Under the pieces are notes generated by a model, which saw nothing but the letters and a program-made list of their open reading frames with translations, made no database searches and had not been told where the DNA came from. From assembly GCA_020341815.1 (NCBI GenBank), contig CP070837.1:1236575-1300574 (forward strand): DNA of 64,000 bases, given 5' to 3'. Within the stretch, counting starts at the first letter, position 1. Each line of letters starts with the position of its first letter. Shown in pieces: positions 30,001 through 45,000 of this stretch. Origin of the DNA: Candidatus Omnitrophota bacterium. Lineage in GTDB: Bacteria; Omnitrophota; Gorgyraeia; JAFGHF01. A program made the translations under genes and the position numbers.

Positions 30001-33000
30001 TTAAAGACGTATGGACTTAAGGTGCGATATCTGCCTCGGCATTTTCAAAATATATGTAACCATTATCCTCTTATCCTCTGCATAAGCAGGAAGGGGAAGG
30101 AAAAAGCTATTCTTAAAGAGGTGCGTACGATGGGAAAAGAAGGCAGGCCAATAGTAATACTTGCTCCATTTGTTGATGAAGTTCACAATCTTTCCGATCT
30201 GCTTAAGCATGAAGGCATTAAGCATCAGGTTATCGATGGCAGCAAGCCCGAAAAAGAGCCTTATTTAATATCCCAAGCAGGCCAGAAGGGACAAGTAACC
30301 ATAGGTATAATTAAGTTGGGATGGGGCACAGACTTTACTTTGTCGGAAGAAACAAGAGCATTAGGAGGTTTCCATATAATTATCCCGCCTTTGAGCTCTT
30401 GGCGAGCATATCAACAAGCCAGGGGGCGTGCGGGCCGACAGGACGATCCGGGAAGTACGCGGATAATTGCATCTATATGGGATGAACTTATCCAGATACT
30501 TGGAGGAGAAAATTTAAAGAAAATTCTTGAGAAGGTTAAAGACTTGCCTGAGGATGAGCCTATTGAAGATGAAGAAATAAGGGCTTTGTTTGAAAAAATC
30601 CTTCTTGAAATTGAGAAATATAACAAAGAGCACCGTGCTGAAATGTTAGAACAGGAGAAGCATTTTAAGCAACAAAGAGAATCGCTTTGCTCCTTAAGAA
30701 AGTTTATTCTTCACAATCCAAGGCTTAAGGCCAAGGAAAGAGAAGGCATATTGAAAGTATTGGATAGCAATTGGAGGAAATATTTAATCCGCCTGGAAGA
30801 ATTGAAGAGGGAACGATTGCTGGAAGATTTTGATTTGAGCAAATGTTTGGAGGATACACAATTTGCGGAAGTGATGGCCAGCGCCTTACTTAGTCAAATC
30901 GAATTTATCTATATTTTAAGGAAAAAATTCAATAAAAAATGGAAAGGAACCTTGACTTTCCCCTTTGAAGGAAAATTTTTAAGCGTTTTAATAGATATTA
31001 TTCAAAAAAGATACCATCATACTATAGAACATGAGGAATTACTTCAGGAGATAACAAAATCGAGGAGACCTCAAGAATTATCCGCACTTGATGATTTGAA
31101 AAGGCTATGGGATAGAGAAACAATAGAACCATATTCTTCAGAAGAAAGAAATTTAAGTTTGGACGATCGCAAAAATGAAATTTCAATTAGCATAATAAGA
31201 ATTAATTTTCCGGTTGGCGAAAGAGTTCTTTCTGCCATGGCAGTAAAGATTTATAAAGATGATAAGAAGACGAGAAAACTTTTGGGATATCTTATTAAGA
31301 TTCCCTATGGCATAAATACTTTTACAAAATATTGGCGCAAGCCAGAGGAGGGAGAATTATCTCATGTGGAATTTTATCCCCAAATAATAAAGGAAATATA
31401 CCGGATAAAAGAGAAAATGCCCCTTATAAAAAAGGCTATAGAAGATGTGGAAAAAGCAGAGTCGCCTATGAAAATCGACCCTATATTTAACCATATTAAA
31501 TATGCTGCAGAAATTATTGTAAAATCCCATATAGAACCAGATAGTAACGATGGAAAATTCATCAAATTCCTTTACGATTTATTGCTGAATGCCGAAAATA
31601 TTCCTTCATCAACGCAAGACCCTTTGATTCGATTGAAGAAAAAAAAGAGAATGGAACCATTGAAAGAACTTTTAAAGGATAGAAGCTTGGAAGATGTCGT
31701 GGCGGAAATGAGACGTAACAACTTGCTAAGATTAACTACCGATACCGAGAAGATTTTTTTAGCGCTTTATTATAGAAAATCAATAAGCGAAGCAATGCGA
31801 GATTATAATCGTTCCAGGGCGGCAATAAATAACATTTTCAGGAATTGGGAGAAGGCAATATCATCTTTTTTAATAAACATGGATCGTTTTTCCAATCTTC
31901 CGAAGATAAAAAGGAATTGTTTAAATGAAATTATTTCCAAAGGGATTATTTGCGTAAACGAACCGGATGATTTTTTGGATATTCATCACGATTTACTTAA
32001 AAATGTATGCAAAGTTTTAGATAAAATAGAAAAATATTTAGATATTTCAATCTTTAAAGGCGCAGAATTAAAGTTTGAGTATGGTTATTTGTCGATATTA
32101 ATAGACAATATAATTTTCACTCTTGATGCCCCCGGGTCTATCGATTCTATAGGTAAGCATTTTGTAAAATTATTTATCGATAAGAAGATTCCAGGGACAT
32201 CGCTAAAGCAATGGAAGGAGTTTATACAAAAAGCGGGATTTGAATATATAAGGGATGGCAAGCCGATTAAACCTACGGCTATAAGAGAAAAAACAATATA
32301 TAAAACTGAAGGATGGACAAATCTGGACTCGGGCCCTTGTAAAAAATTGAGAGATTTATTAAAAGAAATTCAAGATCCGTACAATTATTTAGTGGAAGCG
32401 TTATGGCTATTATTAAATAATCCGGATTTGGTAAATGAGAAAGATCCTATTTCTGTATTTATTCAAGAGGCTTTAGGGTTTGGCGCTGCTTCTATAGAAA
32501 GCTCATCGCCTATAGATAATGTATCTATAACAATAGAGATGAAGGATAGATTCACAAATGCAAAGCCAAAAAGAATAATTAATAAAAAATTTGCAAAAGA
32601 AATAATTGTTTTATTAATAGATGATCCTTGGATGAGATCAAGGGAAATAATGGAAAATTTGGTAAATGAATATTTTAGATTTCCGAAACAATTGTCCAGA
32701 AGAATAAAAACTACTTTTGGAAAGGATTTAGAAGTATTGAAGCGGGAATATCAGGTCAAATGGCTTGAGCATATGGATAAAGAAGCATTGACAATCTTAA
32801 ATGATTGCCCTTGCATGAGAGGTATGGAAGAGCTTAAGGAAAAGTTGGCAAAGCATATTCCTATCCTGGATAAGATGCCCATAAATACTTTTAGAGGAAG
32901 ATTGCGGTCAATTCCGAAATTACACGAAAAAGTATTATCATTGCTGAAGTCCGCTAGAAAACTCCGCAGCCTCTCCAGCCCGGCAAATATTTTTTATCAA

Positions 33001-36000
33001 AAACTTTTTTCTTTTTTAAGTAAAAAGAAAGACCTTTGGGTTGAAATAAAGCGGATATCCCGGACAAATAAACTTCCTAAGAATGGGATATATGGCTCTT
33101 CCAGGATAATTCAGTTAGGGACAGAAAGCCTAAATTCGGTTATAAAGCATTTTATGCTCTATCAGGGGTATGTAGTTCGAGGAAACATCAAGTATATTAA
33201 CGATGAGGCTTGTTTAAAGGGAATAAGCATTACAGACATACTTGATTATTTAAGCAAGATCGGCATTAAGGAAGTTCTGTTGCTTGTTAAAAATTGTGAG
33301 GGTGAAAAAGGAATTTTAATTCCGGAAGGCATGAAAGTTATTATCCCTTTAACTAATATTTCTGAAGTTTATTGTTCTATGGATAACATAGACTATCGGT
33401 TTATAGATGGTCATGATATAGAAGAGAGAAGCAAAAATTTGGAAAAAGCACTTAAAGAGAAGACAGAAATAAAGACTTGGATCAGCGAGCGCTATCTTGC
33501 CGGAGGTTGGAAGGTCATTGATAAGCGAGACAAAAAAGATAAAGCCTATTTATATACATGGGAAGATGTCCTCCCCAGGATAATAAAGCGGGCTCTTAGA
33601 AAAAAGATCGAATCTGAGCACGAGGAATCTTTTCAGAAGGCAACTCAAATAATAGTAGAATTTCATTTCGCAGGCTATTCTTCTCAATTGGGTAATATCT
33701 ATAGAAGAGATGCATATGATGAGAAGCTTATTCCGGAAGATAGGAAAATTAGATTAAAAAATAAAAGTAAAGATAAGGTTATAAAATATTTAGTTGAGAA
33801 AACCGGCAAATCTAAAAAATATTTTGAAAGGATGAAAGAAAAAGAGCTTCGTGAGCTTTCTATAATGATATGCGGTAAGAGTCATTTCAAGGAAAGACTT
33901 ATATTTGAGCTCTTAGCAGACAAGGCTAAGCTTAAGCTTAACTGTAAGGTGAGAATTATTACACAGTATCATGCTGAAGATTTTGAAATAGAAATTGATA
34001 AAAATGAATTATTTTCCTCCAGCCCGGCAGTAATAGAATTAGGGAAAACACAAAAGATAATGCAGAAATATCTTAGTAGGAAATTGGGGGCAGCAGTTTC
34101 CTCGCCAATGGAAAGGGATAAGTGCGTTCATTCAAGAGATAAAGCCTCACCGGCTACAAAAATACCTTCTCTAGCAGCTAATATCATACGCTTTATGCCG
34201 CGAAAGGATAAGGTGAGGGTAAGGCCTCCGGGGTCAATGACAAAGGCAATGGCATGGATAAAGGATAGCAATAAGCTTATCTATGACAGAATGTTAGAGA
34301 CCTTTATGTCGGAGATTCCCAGGAAATTATTGGGTGAATTTTTAGAGAAGTATTTAATCTCAGAACATCCCCTGCTTACTCCTTTGCAGAAGCAGGCGAT
34401 GAAGGGTTATTTGATTAAGGTAGTAGAGGCTCTTGGTGATAACATGCAGCTTGCCCAGCGGTTTGTTGTTTTGCGGAAAATAGATAACCCTGTGCTTAAT
34501 GTTAAAGATTTAGCAGATGAATTAGGGCAGACATCGCGCTGGGTGGAGAGCTTATTATATGGCGAAAGATATCCAGATTATTATTATCAGGGTTCATATG
34601 AGAAAATTATAAATTATATCCAGAGAAACGATGAGGGTATGTATCAGCTTATATTAAAATGTATGATCGATGATTTTATGAATAATATGTTTGTATTTCT
34701 ATTAAATGGCGGAAGTAAGGTAAAGAAAGAAGATATATCCAGAGATTTTAGAAAATATTTACATAAGGCTTTATCTAAAGCCGGTCTCGATAAGTCTCAA
34801 AAGAAATATTATGAATATTTGTTGAATAATCCATCCAGCAGTGAAAAAGATATTGCAAATGAATTAAATGTTTCTGAATCAACCGTAAATAATAATTTAA
34901 AAGGAAAAGACCATTATTATAAGGCAAGTGGATATAACTATCAGGCAACAAGCGCTGAGAAAGAATTAATAGATTTTATCGATAAGCAGTTGACGCCAAG
35001 ACAGGATACGGCATATCTTGAAAAATTAAAAAGGAAATTACACCAGAAAAGGGTGGCAAAAATAGCCGATAATATTCAAGGAATCGCAATTTATAGAGAA
35101 ACAATAAGTTATATATGTAGTTTTGCGAAAAAAGCAGACCTTGAAGATATATGGATGCTGGGTTATTCTTTGGCGAAAAAAGCCGTGAAGGATAAATGGA
35201 GCCTTAAGAAAATGATGTTTATGGTTTTTCTTATTGAGGAATTGTTGAATAATATGTTCGAAGAAGGCAATCGTCCTGAGGCAGCCGAAATTATTTGTAA
35301 ACAGGCAGGAAATAAAAGATTGTTTGATTTAACTAAGGAAGAAATGCACAGCTTAAATCGAAAATTAAAGGCATCTGGTGCGCATGTTATTAGACAGAAG
35401 AAAGCTTTTTTCTTTATCATGCCCGATTCGAGTGCAATAGAAATGTTAGTTAATATAATATTGAAGAATAAAAAGAGAGCTAAACAGGAAGCCAAGGAGC
35501 TATTGCAAGGATTAAGGAATAGAAGGAGATTAAAAAAATTCATTAGCAATCAAATGAATAATAAAGTGCGTTCTATTGGACTGCCGCAAGAGCCTGCCCT
35601 GCCCCGGAAAAGAGGAGATGAAGTTATCCTCAATCAGAAAAATGAAAGCGGGCAGCGCATAAAGATACAATATAACACAGAAGGCTCTTTGCGGATCTTT
35701 TATAAAAAAGGTGGCGAACAAAAAACGGGAATTATCAGCTTTATGAAGGAAGAAGAGAATAGCATAACTATAATGGTGGATTGTGATTTTTTCTTGGAGT
35801 CGGATATAATGACGGAACTTGTACTCTGGTTTTCCCGGTTGTTGTTGTCGAAACAGGAAAAGGGAAAATACATCGCTATGCTCTTTTCATTCACTGATCC
35901 CCCTGTAAATATCTTGTTATCTATACTTGAGAGATACGGGAGTGTCATAGGCTATTGGGACGGCAAGCGGTATCGCGGGAAAAGGGTTTGGAGGAGGATT

Positions 36001-39000
36001 GGAGATAGGACTCTTTCAATAAATTATCTTGGTTTGCGCGTCAAACCCACAAGAGAAAAAGTTTATGGCCCTAATATAAGAAAAACCAGGACACTTTCCT
36101 CTCCCGCAAAAGATGGTTCTAAGGATAAAAAAGTAAAATTTCTAAACTGTCCCGATACAATAAAACCGATTTCCGGTATTTTCTTAAGTGGGATAGAGCC
36201 GTCTGAGCAGAAAATGCAACAGCTTCTCCCTGCATCCGGCAATAGGGCAGAAAAAAGAATAAGGGGCGTGGCGGAAGTTGTTGGGGTGTTCTTAAGCAAG
36301 AATGAGGATACTTCTGATTCCGCCGCCTCGCCAATAGACTCAAGTAAAGAAAATAAATTAGATCTCGGAAAAATAGAGCCCTATATTGATTGTTTGGAAA
36401 ATATCATAAGATTAGCAGCAATGCTCCCTGATAGTAGAGAAGAAGGCTTTTATTCAATTATATTTTCTCTGAATTGCAATCTCAAAACATTAAAAGATAA
36501 TTTTGATGAAAATAGTATTCAAGATATAGAAAATTTATTTAAAAAATTATGGCAAAGTACAGTGCAGATATTGAAGGATAGAGCAAGAGAAGTTCACAAA
36601 AATTTAAATCCTAAAGAAATATATAAATTTGGCTGTATGATTAAAGAATTTGGGGTGCTTAAAGAAAGTTTATTTTTGGGCCAAGAGCCTATAAAATCGG
36701 TTTTAGAAATAGAACAAGAAATAGTAGAAAATATTTTAAAAAGATTGAAATACTATCTGAAGACAAAATTGATAGACTTAGATTTTAGAGATTCCAATCT
36801 TGATGAATGGAATAAATTTATAATGCAAAGAGCAACTTCTATAGAACTTCTGCAGGAAGATAAATGGAGAAAAGCATGGTCATCCGTTGATGGAAATAGG
36901 AACCGAGATTCCATCTCCTCGCCGATAAATCCGGGTTTGCCGCAGAGCGAGAAAGACATTCTTGAAATCATTTCCCACTTTATAATTACTGATAAAGAAA
37001 GCTTATCTGAATTGACAAAGGGTGTTAGCCAATTAATTTCTTCAAGACAAAAAGATTTTCTTGCTATTGAAAATAAGTTAAATATGGATAGCTCGGAAGA
37101 AATGATATCGGGCCTGCAAGATTTGCGTCTATTAATATTAGGAGATGTAATAAATACCAATAATATCAATTTTCTTGTTGAGTATGACAGAATAGATAAA
37201 AATCTTATAGGATATGTTGCGTTACCTGTATTTACATATATCTTTTTGCGTCTTTTATTAAAGCAAAAAAATGTATGGTGCTTTTGTGCACCGGAACATA
37301 TAGTTAATTTGATTTCTATTAATGAGTCAGAAGGCTTATTTGTAGATAGCTTTTTAGCAGAGTTTTTTGAGATAGACTTGCGTGAATATTATAGATGTCA
37401 GAATAAGCAGTTATCTTTAAAAATTGAATATATGCCTGAGAGCCAAAGGGCCTTAGGATTGCAAGATAAACTTAATCTGTTTTACAATCCTTTGAGATGG
37501 CAGATAGATATTCCCGCTTTAGTAGAAAAAATAAAGCATAATACCTTACGTATTAAGAGAGATAGCTTTTCTGTTTTCTATGTTCCTATTTTGGGAAAAA
37601 ATGGAAGAAAGGAAAAAATATTCGAAATATATCAGATAAGGTCCTCTGATGGGTTAGGAATAAAGTTGACAGAAAAGAAGATGGTAACAGAACTGTTATT
37701 GAAAGAGAAATTTTGCAAAGATGCAAAGTTGATTACTTTTCCCGTGGGGAGGGATGAGCAACTGCTTAATCGCAGAGAAGAGCTTTTTGAAGAGTCATGG
37801 GACAAACTGATGCACAGGTTTCCGATAAAAAGAGATAAGCCATTGCTTCCATGGGGCTTTTTAAGCAATATAAGAGGCATAAAAGAAGATGCTTCTAATT
37901 TTTATCTCAGTTCTCCGGCTACGGATGCCGTATTTAAAGCATTAATCAAAAATCCTTTTATTTCCAAAACAAAATTTAATTTTGCGGTCAGCTTGTCTGT
38001 TTTTAATCAGATGTGTGCGAAGGCTTTAGTAGAAAGAATAAAAATAATTTTAAGGGATGAACTGTTAGAAAATTTGCCTAATTTTACTCTGGATAATTTA
38101 TATGAGAAATTGCAAGAAATATACAGCTTAATCACAGATAAAAACTGTTTAGAAAATAATAAAAAGAAAAATAAATCTTTTATTGCACATATAGAGAAGA
38201 TGCTGAAATTAGCTAATACTTCCTGGATAAAAATAAAAAAAGAAATTATGCTAGAAAAAGCAAGACAATTATATCCTTTTGTTCAGCAAAAAGAGGAAAT
38301 CGCCAAAGAATTAAAGGACTTATATATAAAAGATAAAAATAAAGGGGTAGATTTTAGGAAAGCACTAAAAAGAAGGGTGAAGGGATTATTAAAAAATAAT
38401 CTCTGTATGCCCGAAAATAAAATAAGAGCTCAAATAGTGAAAGATTTAGGTGTGAGAAGAATTTATCGGCAGAGACTTTATGAATGGCTAGAGCCGTTGG
38501 GAGGTCTTAAGCATTTACGTGCTGAGGCGCTATATGAAATATTGGAAGAAATAACTGCAAAAAGACAACAAGAGCAAAAAGTCTTTACCCTGGATACATT
38601 TTTTTATATGTTTATTGTATTAGGATGGCTTGGCTTAGGTTCCGGCATAAGTAAAAACTTTTTCCGCAGAGAGATAAATGAGTTATTAGCCAGATTGGAT
38701 ACGTCTTTTGAAGAAACAGAGGCTGTTGCCTTTCTGAAGACGAAAGGAGTAGATTTAGAAAGTAGTATATTTAGGAGGCGGTCTAATGATGATCCCAGGC
38801 CAAGATGCACTTATCAAAGAGCATATAGAAGGTTGAAGCTGATTGAGAAAACATGGAATGAAGCGGATTGGCAGGGAGTAGAGCATGAGCCTTTTTCTGT
38901 AAAGGAGATAAACTTAAAATGGCTGGCACAATGTTCTCCCGAAAGACTTAAGCAGAAAGTATTAGAACGAATTCAGCAAAGAATAGAAGAAGCAAAGGCA

Positions 39001-42000
39001 GATGAGTATATTTTAGAGACTTTAATCAGCCACGGCGGCCATCAAGGGCAGGCAGCGTATGCATTGGGCCTGACCAGGTACCAGCTAAGCTGGCGATTAA
39101 AGCAAAACCCGTTTTTAAGAGGACTGATCGACCCCAAGAAAGTTATTGCAGAGAGCAATAGGCGGAAATGGAAAGAAAAGAAAATACACAAGGCATTAAC
39201 AGAGCTTATCTTAGGTATTGCCGCAGAGACAGAAGAAACATTTAAGGGTCAAAGCCCGGATGTGCTTATTTTGAAAGCAACAGATTTGGTATTGGATAGA
39301 TATAATAATATAAGAAAAGACAATCTTCAGTTTGCCTTAATGAAGACAAAAATAATTCTGGGCACGCTTAAATATGAAAAAGATCCTATTTTAAGAAAAA
39401 TAGTCCTTTTATTGGAAGACTTTATATGGCTTTGCCATCAGATTATAGCATTAAAAACTTTTACAAAAGCAGAAAACTCATTATTGCTGAAGAATTATAA
39501 GAAAGCAAAAGAATTATTTTCTGAAATTAGCGCGATTGCGCCTGAAGGAAGCGACTTTGCCGCGCGGGCGGTTGTGTCTATAAAACGATGTGATGACCTG
39601 ATATTGGCAGTATCGGAATTTACTGCGGCAAAAAGAATGATGAGGTGGCAACGATTGGAAGATTATCAATGTGCACTGGGAAACTTTATAAGAGGTATAA
39701 ACAGGATTGAGAGATATAAGGATGAGCCTTTGGAAGGGAGTATTATTTCCGAGGTATGGCAATATATAGATGAAATTATAGATGAGTCATCATCAATATA
39801 CTATAGGCTGGGTAAAAAGCTGATTTTAAATGAAGAGTTTGAAAGAGCAGAAGAAGTTTTCGAAGAAGCAATACTTCTATTTGCGCCGATTGTCAATATG
39901 CCGCAGGATACGACAATCATTGATAAAACAGAAGGACATAAAGATGCTTTTGCTGATTTGAAGAAAATAGCATCTATGCTTGCAGTCTCTAAGCAATTAA
40001 GGATAAATGGATGTTATGAAAGGGAAAGACTTTTATTGCAAAAAATTATTGATTATATAAGGAATGTAAGCGGAATGATTCTTACGGGTTTTTGTGCGGA
40101 TGTTGCCCAGCACCATATGAAAAAATGCGCAAAATCCATTTGGGCTAATTCCAATTGCAATAAAATAGATAGTAATAATTTTATTTCCAAAGAATCCTTT
40201 AAAGAAGAATTTTCTTTAGAAAAACTTAGAATTTATCGTATATTGCAGAAATTTTCTATAGAGAATAAAGTTATTTTAGAAAAGCTAAAAATAGATATCC
40301 TTGCTTTAATAAATATTATAATAAATCTTGAGCCGAAAATTAATGCGTGTCTGGAAGGTTTAGAGGACAGGAAAGACCTATATGCTTATATCAGAAAGGA
40401 ATTGAATTGGGCAAGGGAACGCGGATACCCTTTAGGGGCAATTATTGCTATTATTGATAACATTTTATTGGAGAGAAAAAAATGCTTTTTAGAAAAATTC
40501 GGGGGTGTCTCTGTTATCTCTTCTTTCGAAGGACGGCATATTTATGGCAGGGGAGGGTATCTTCATAAAATAGAGGCAGAAGAGGGAGGAGCAGTAATAT
40601 TTGACGAAAGAGGTTTTTTAACAGAGATTATTTTGACAGACGATAGATATAGGCCGATAGGGGTTATAAGAATTAAACGTCTGAATAATAATAATAACAC
40701 TAAAATTACTGCTGATTTTAGTGAATATGGGGATATGACTAAGACTAAGACTAAGGATAAGGTGTCGAGATATAAACTAAATTACTTAGTAGCCGCCTCG
40801 CCGGCTCACCGGCAGGAGGAAAATAGTGACACAGACCGCATATTTATAGGAAAAGCATTCTTGCGATGTTTTGATATTGGACTTGCGGGCCTTGTGAGTC
40901 TTATTTCTATCATTGGTTATACATATTTTTATACTAAATTTTATGCTCCCCAGGTAGATTTTTATAGCCATCTGAATGAAAATATATTCGGTTGGTTTCT
41001 TGTTATATTTATTTGTGTAGGATTGCATGAATTGGTGCATCGTTCAGCGATTAGATATTATAAATATAAGAAGAAACATCAGTTGGAATATAAATTTAAC
41101 TGGTTTAGTTTTAAAAAGGGCACATACTTTACTATAACTACTAAAAATAGAAAAATTATTAAAAAAATAGAAAAAAGAGGCAAGTATACTAGCCGGATAT
41201 TATTTGCATTTTTTGTTATTTCAGGAATTATATTACCGGGTTTCAATTTTGAGATAAAAATAACGGGTTTTATAATAACAATATTTAGAAAAATTCATTT
41301 ATCTTTGATGGGGTTAATAAAGTTGTTTTTTAGTTTTTCTTCAAAAGATATAGAAGAAATAAAAGAAGTAACTTATGAAGAATCACAGCAGATTATTATG
41401 CGAATGATTAGGCAATGTCAAGCGGCTTTAGAGAGGCTCATCGTAAAAAAACCTACAATGATTATGTGGGGCGGGAAAGGGCCTTGTGTAGGTAAAGGAT
41501 GGACAGCTCGTAATTTTAGTAATTATTACAATAAGCATAAAAAAGGTAAGAAAGGTCAATCTTATGTTATCAGAGGAGATAATAGTATATATCATTATAA
41601 AGACCGGCCACCCCCATCTAAGGTAGGTTATCCTGAGAATACCTTTGATATTGAAAGATTAGAAATAGTAGTAAAAAGCGCTGCTTCTTTAAAAGAAGTG
41701 CTTATGACTATTTATGACGATACATTTAGGATGCCTTTAGGGGTTTCGGAAGAAATGCTTGCAGAAGCTTTGAAGAATTGCCCTGTTATGCAAAAAGGAG
41801 GTTATGAATTATTGCTTCTGCCGGATGCTGTAAAAGATGTAGAATTGAAATATTTTTTACCCGAAGATTTCATTGATGAAATGATTGAAAAAGTTAAAAA
41901 TAATGGCGATGATGAGAAAATAATCGAGAAACAGATTAAAACTATAATTAATAGAAGCAATCAGCCTTTAAATAGTAGAAAATATTTAATTAGTCCGGCA

Positions 42001-45000
42001 GTTAAAATATATATTGATACGAGAACGGGATATTTAATACAAGGATTTAATTTTGCCAAGGAAGATACCGTAATAATTGAATTTGAACAAGCTTTGACTT
42101 TTGAGGATATAAGAAAATATGCGGATATTTGTGTGTTTGTATATGCAGAGCAACAAATTCAAAAAGATTTATTTATGGGAAGAAGAGAAAACGGGGAAAG
42201 ATACCCAGACCTTACTGAGGAACAAGCAAGAGAAAAATTTAAAGAATTATGTGCAAGGGTAAATGCCAATCCTCTATGTAGAGAAGGGGAACAACACGCA
42301 AATATTATTATTGTTAATACAGCTTATCTTGCCCGTAGTTTGCAGCATGAATTTGGTATCATGAATCCACATACATCTTCCCCGATAGTGAAAAAAGGGA
42401 ACGGTTCTAATTCTTTATCCGCCTCGCCGGTGGAAGGGGAAACATCCCATTCTCAAGATATTAAATTGAGCCAAAGAGAAATCGATTCTTTGATTCAAAA
42501 TTTAAGAACAGATAGTTATTATGAAGTATTTAAATATTATTGGAATAAATTTGCTATATACGGAGAAAAATGCCCTAAAGAACTTATCATAGTGAATAAG
42601 TTGAAGTATAGAATTTTATTGATATCTAATACCGTAGGTCTTCCGGAGTCACCGGAGGATACCTATGGGCGAATTTTAAAGTTTATTGAGTGTAAGATTA
42701 AAAAAGACCTTAATTCTTTAAAAGAAATTAGAGAAACATCGTTATCTTATGATGAATGGCCTCTCGAGCTTAAAAAAATAGTAAAACAAGTACAAAATTT
42801 TTTGTGCAAAATTTTTTGGGAAAGATACAAATTAAACGTTACAATAGATTTAGCACAAAAAATGCTGATAGATAATCAGTTTGGATCATATAATTACGAC
42901 ACTTCCCGTTTAATTGACAAATTTTTTGTGAGTTATGAAAAAGATATCGGCAATTTCATTGTTAAGATTATCCATGAGGCTTTACATGTTTATTTACCCT
43001 TTGGTTTTTTCGATATTTTTGATTTATTATTTTTAGAAGAAGGTTTTGTTTCTGAGGAGACAATTGCATTAGGTCAATTTTTTCAGCAACAAACCGATAT
43101 TCAAATAAAAGAGGATTCTCATCTTTTGAATAGAGAGGTTTATAATAAGATTGAGCGAAAGGTTGGACGAGATGCGGTTATGGAATTTATCCTTAGAGGG
43201 TCAAGAGATTTATTTCTTGATAGATTTGGAGAAAACAGCCATATTGTATTCGCTATCTTAAATTATCTACAGCATTTAGATAACATAAAATGGCCTGAAC
43301 GTATGGAGATAGCAAAGAATATTATAGACAATAGTTGTAATTTGCATGTGTTGAAGAATTTTATTATAAAGGAGAAGGAACAATATCTGTTAGATAAGAG
43401 ATTTGTTTGTAATGTCTGGAATGTCGTTAATAAAAGAGGGACTATTTTCAATCCAAATTTATTGTTATCCAATCCCATAAACGCCGCCGCTTCGCCGGTG
43501 GAAAAAAAAGTAACGGAGACAATCGCAGACTGTCTACAGAAAGGACATTTTGTAAGATTTGATACCATTGCAAAAATGACAGATGTCAAAGTCAATGAGG
43601 TTATGATTATTGCGTCAAAGAGATATCCCAGGCAAAATATAAAGGAAGATGGGATTTGCAGTAAGTCCTATCCGGGCGATAGAAGGGTATCTTCATATGA
43701 AAAATGGTATATAAATTATATTATAAAAAAAGAAGGAGGATGTCCACTAGAGATAGATAAATTTGTGAATCTGACAGAGGAAGGCTTTTATTTCGGGTTA
43801 AAAGAAAAAAATAAGGAACCTCATCAGGGCATCGAAGGTTTTTATGTAGATGGCAAATATCTAAAAGCCAAGAAGGTTTATTATATATCTTCCCCAGTGA
43901 ATAACGCTTTTGTGAAAAAAGGAAATGGTTCTACTTATTTATCCGCCTCGCCGGTGGATAAGTTGAGACCCCGCGCGTCAATCTCCCGATATATTTTAGA
44001 AGGAGAGGTAAACATAAGCCTTTTAAATTATAACTTTCTTATAACTCTTGCACCAGTCCTACCATTGCCATGTTTTGAACTTTACACATTACGCTTTGTG
44101 GATAGAGATGACAAATTCCAAAAGACAGCAGCCGAGATTGAAATATATATTCCTTTTGAAAGACAAGAAGAAATAGGACAAAAGAAAGAAATAGAGATTA
44201 GAGGGTTTGAGATAATGGCCCCTTATTTGCGGAAATCATTAGCTAAATATTTTCTCGTTGTATTTTTAGAAATTTTAGATAAGTATTCTCTTTTTAATAA
44301 TTGTAATTTTAAGAGAGTTAATATAGTGGGCCATCCTTTATTGGCCAAGGAATTACTGGAATTCGGCTTTGAACCTATTGATAAAGAAACACCAATATAT
44401 CTTGATATGGGAAAAACAGGAGAGCATATTTTCGTTTATATACCCAATGATAGTATAAAGGAGAGGCTTGTTTTACCTCCAAATAGTTGTATTAAGTTCC
44501 TTGAAGAAGAGCCCGGCGATAATTATATAAAATTATTTGTCGATACGCCTTATTATTTATCTAACAGCACCAAGATGGACGAGAGATATGAAACGCTTAT
44601 TAAAGAAATTAAGCTTTCTTCTATAGAAGAAGGTAAGGAATGCTTATCTTTTAAACTAAACTCTAAAAGGGAGCCTTATTTTGCAATACTTACTGTTTTA
44701 AGATGTTGGTTAGAAGAAATGGATATTTGTAACAGAAAACATTCTGAGGGGCTGCAACGTTATGCAGCACTAATTGCACAAGAGATGAGATTGAAACCTG
44801 AGGAATGTAAAGCAATGGTGATAGGGGCATTATTGCACGATATAGGTAAAAGAAATATCCCAGAAGAAATCCTTTTAAAGCCCGGAGAGCTCAATAAAGA
44901 AGAAGAAACTATAGTGCATGAGCATTGCGTGGAAGGCTTGGCAATGATTTTGGGAGAAAAAAACTTTGAGTGTATAATTCCCTTTATGACTACAAAATAT

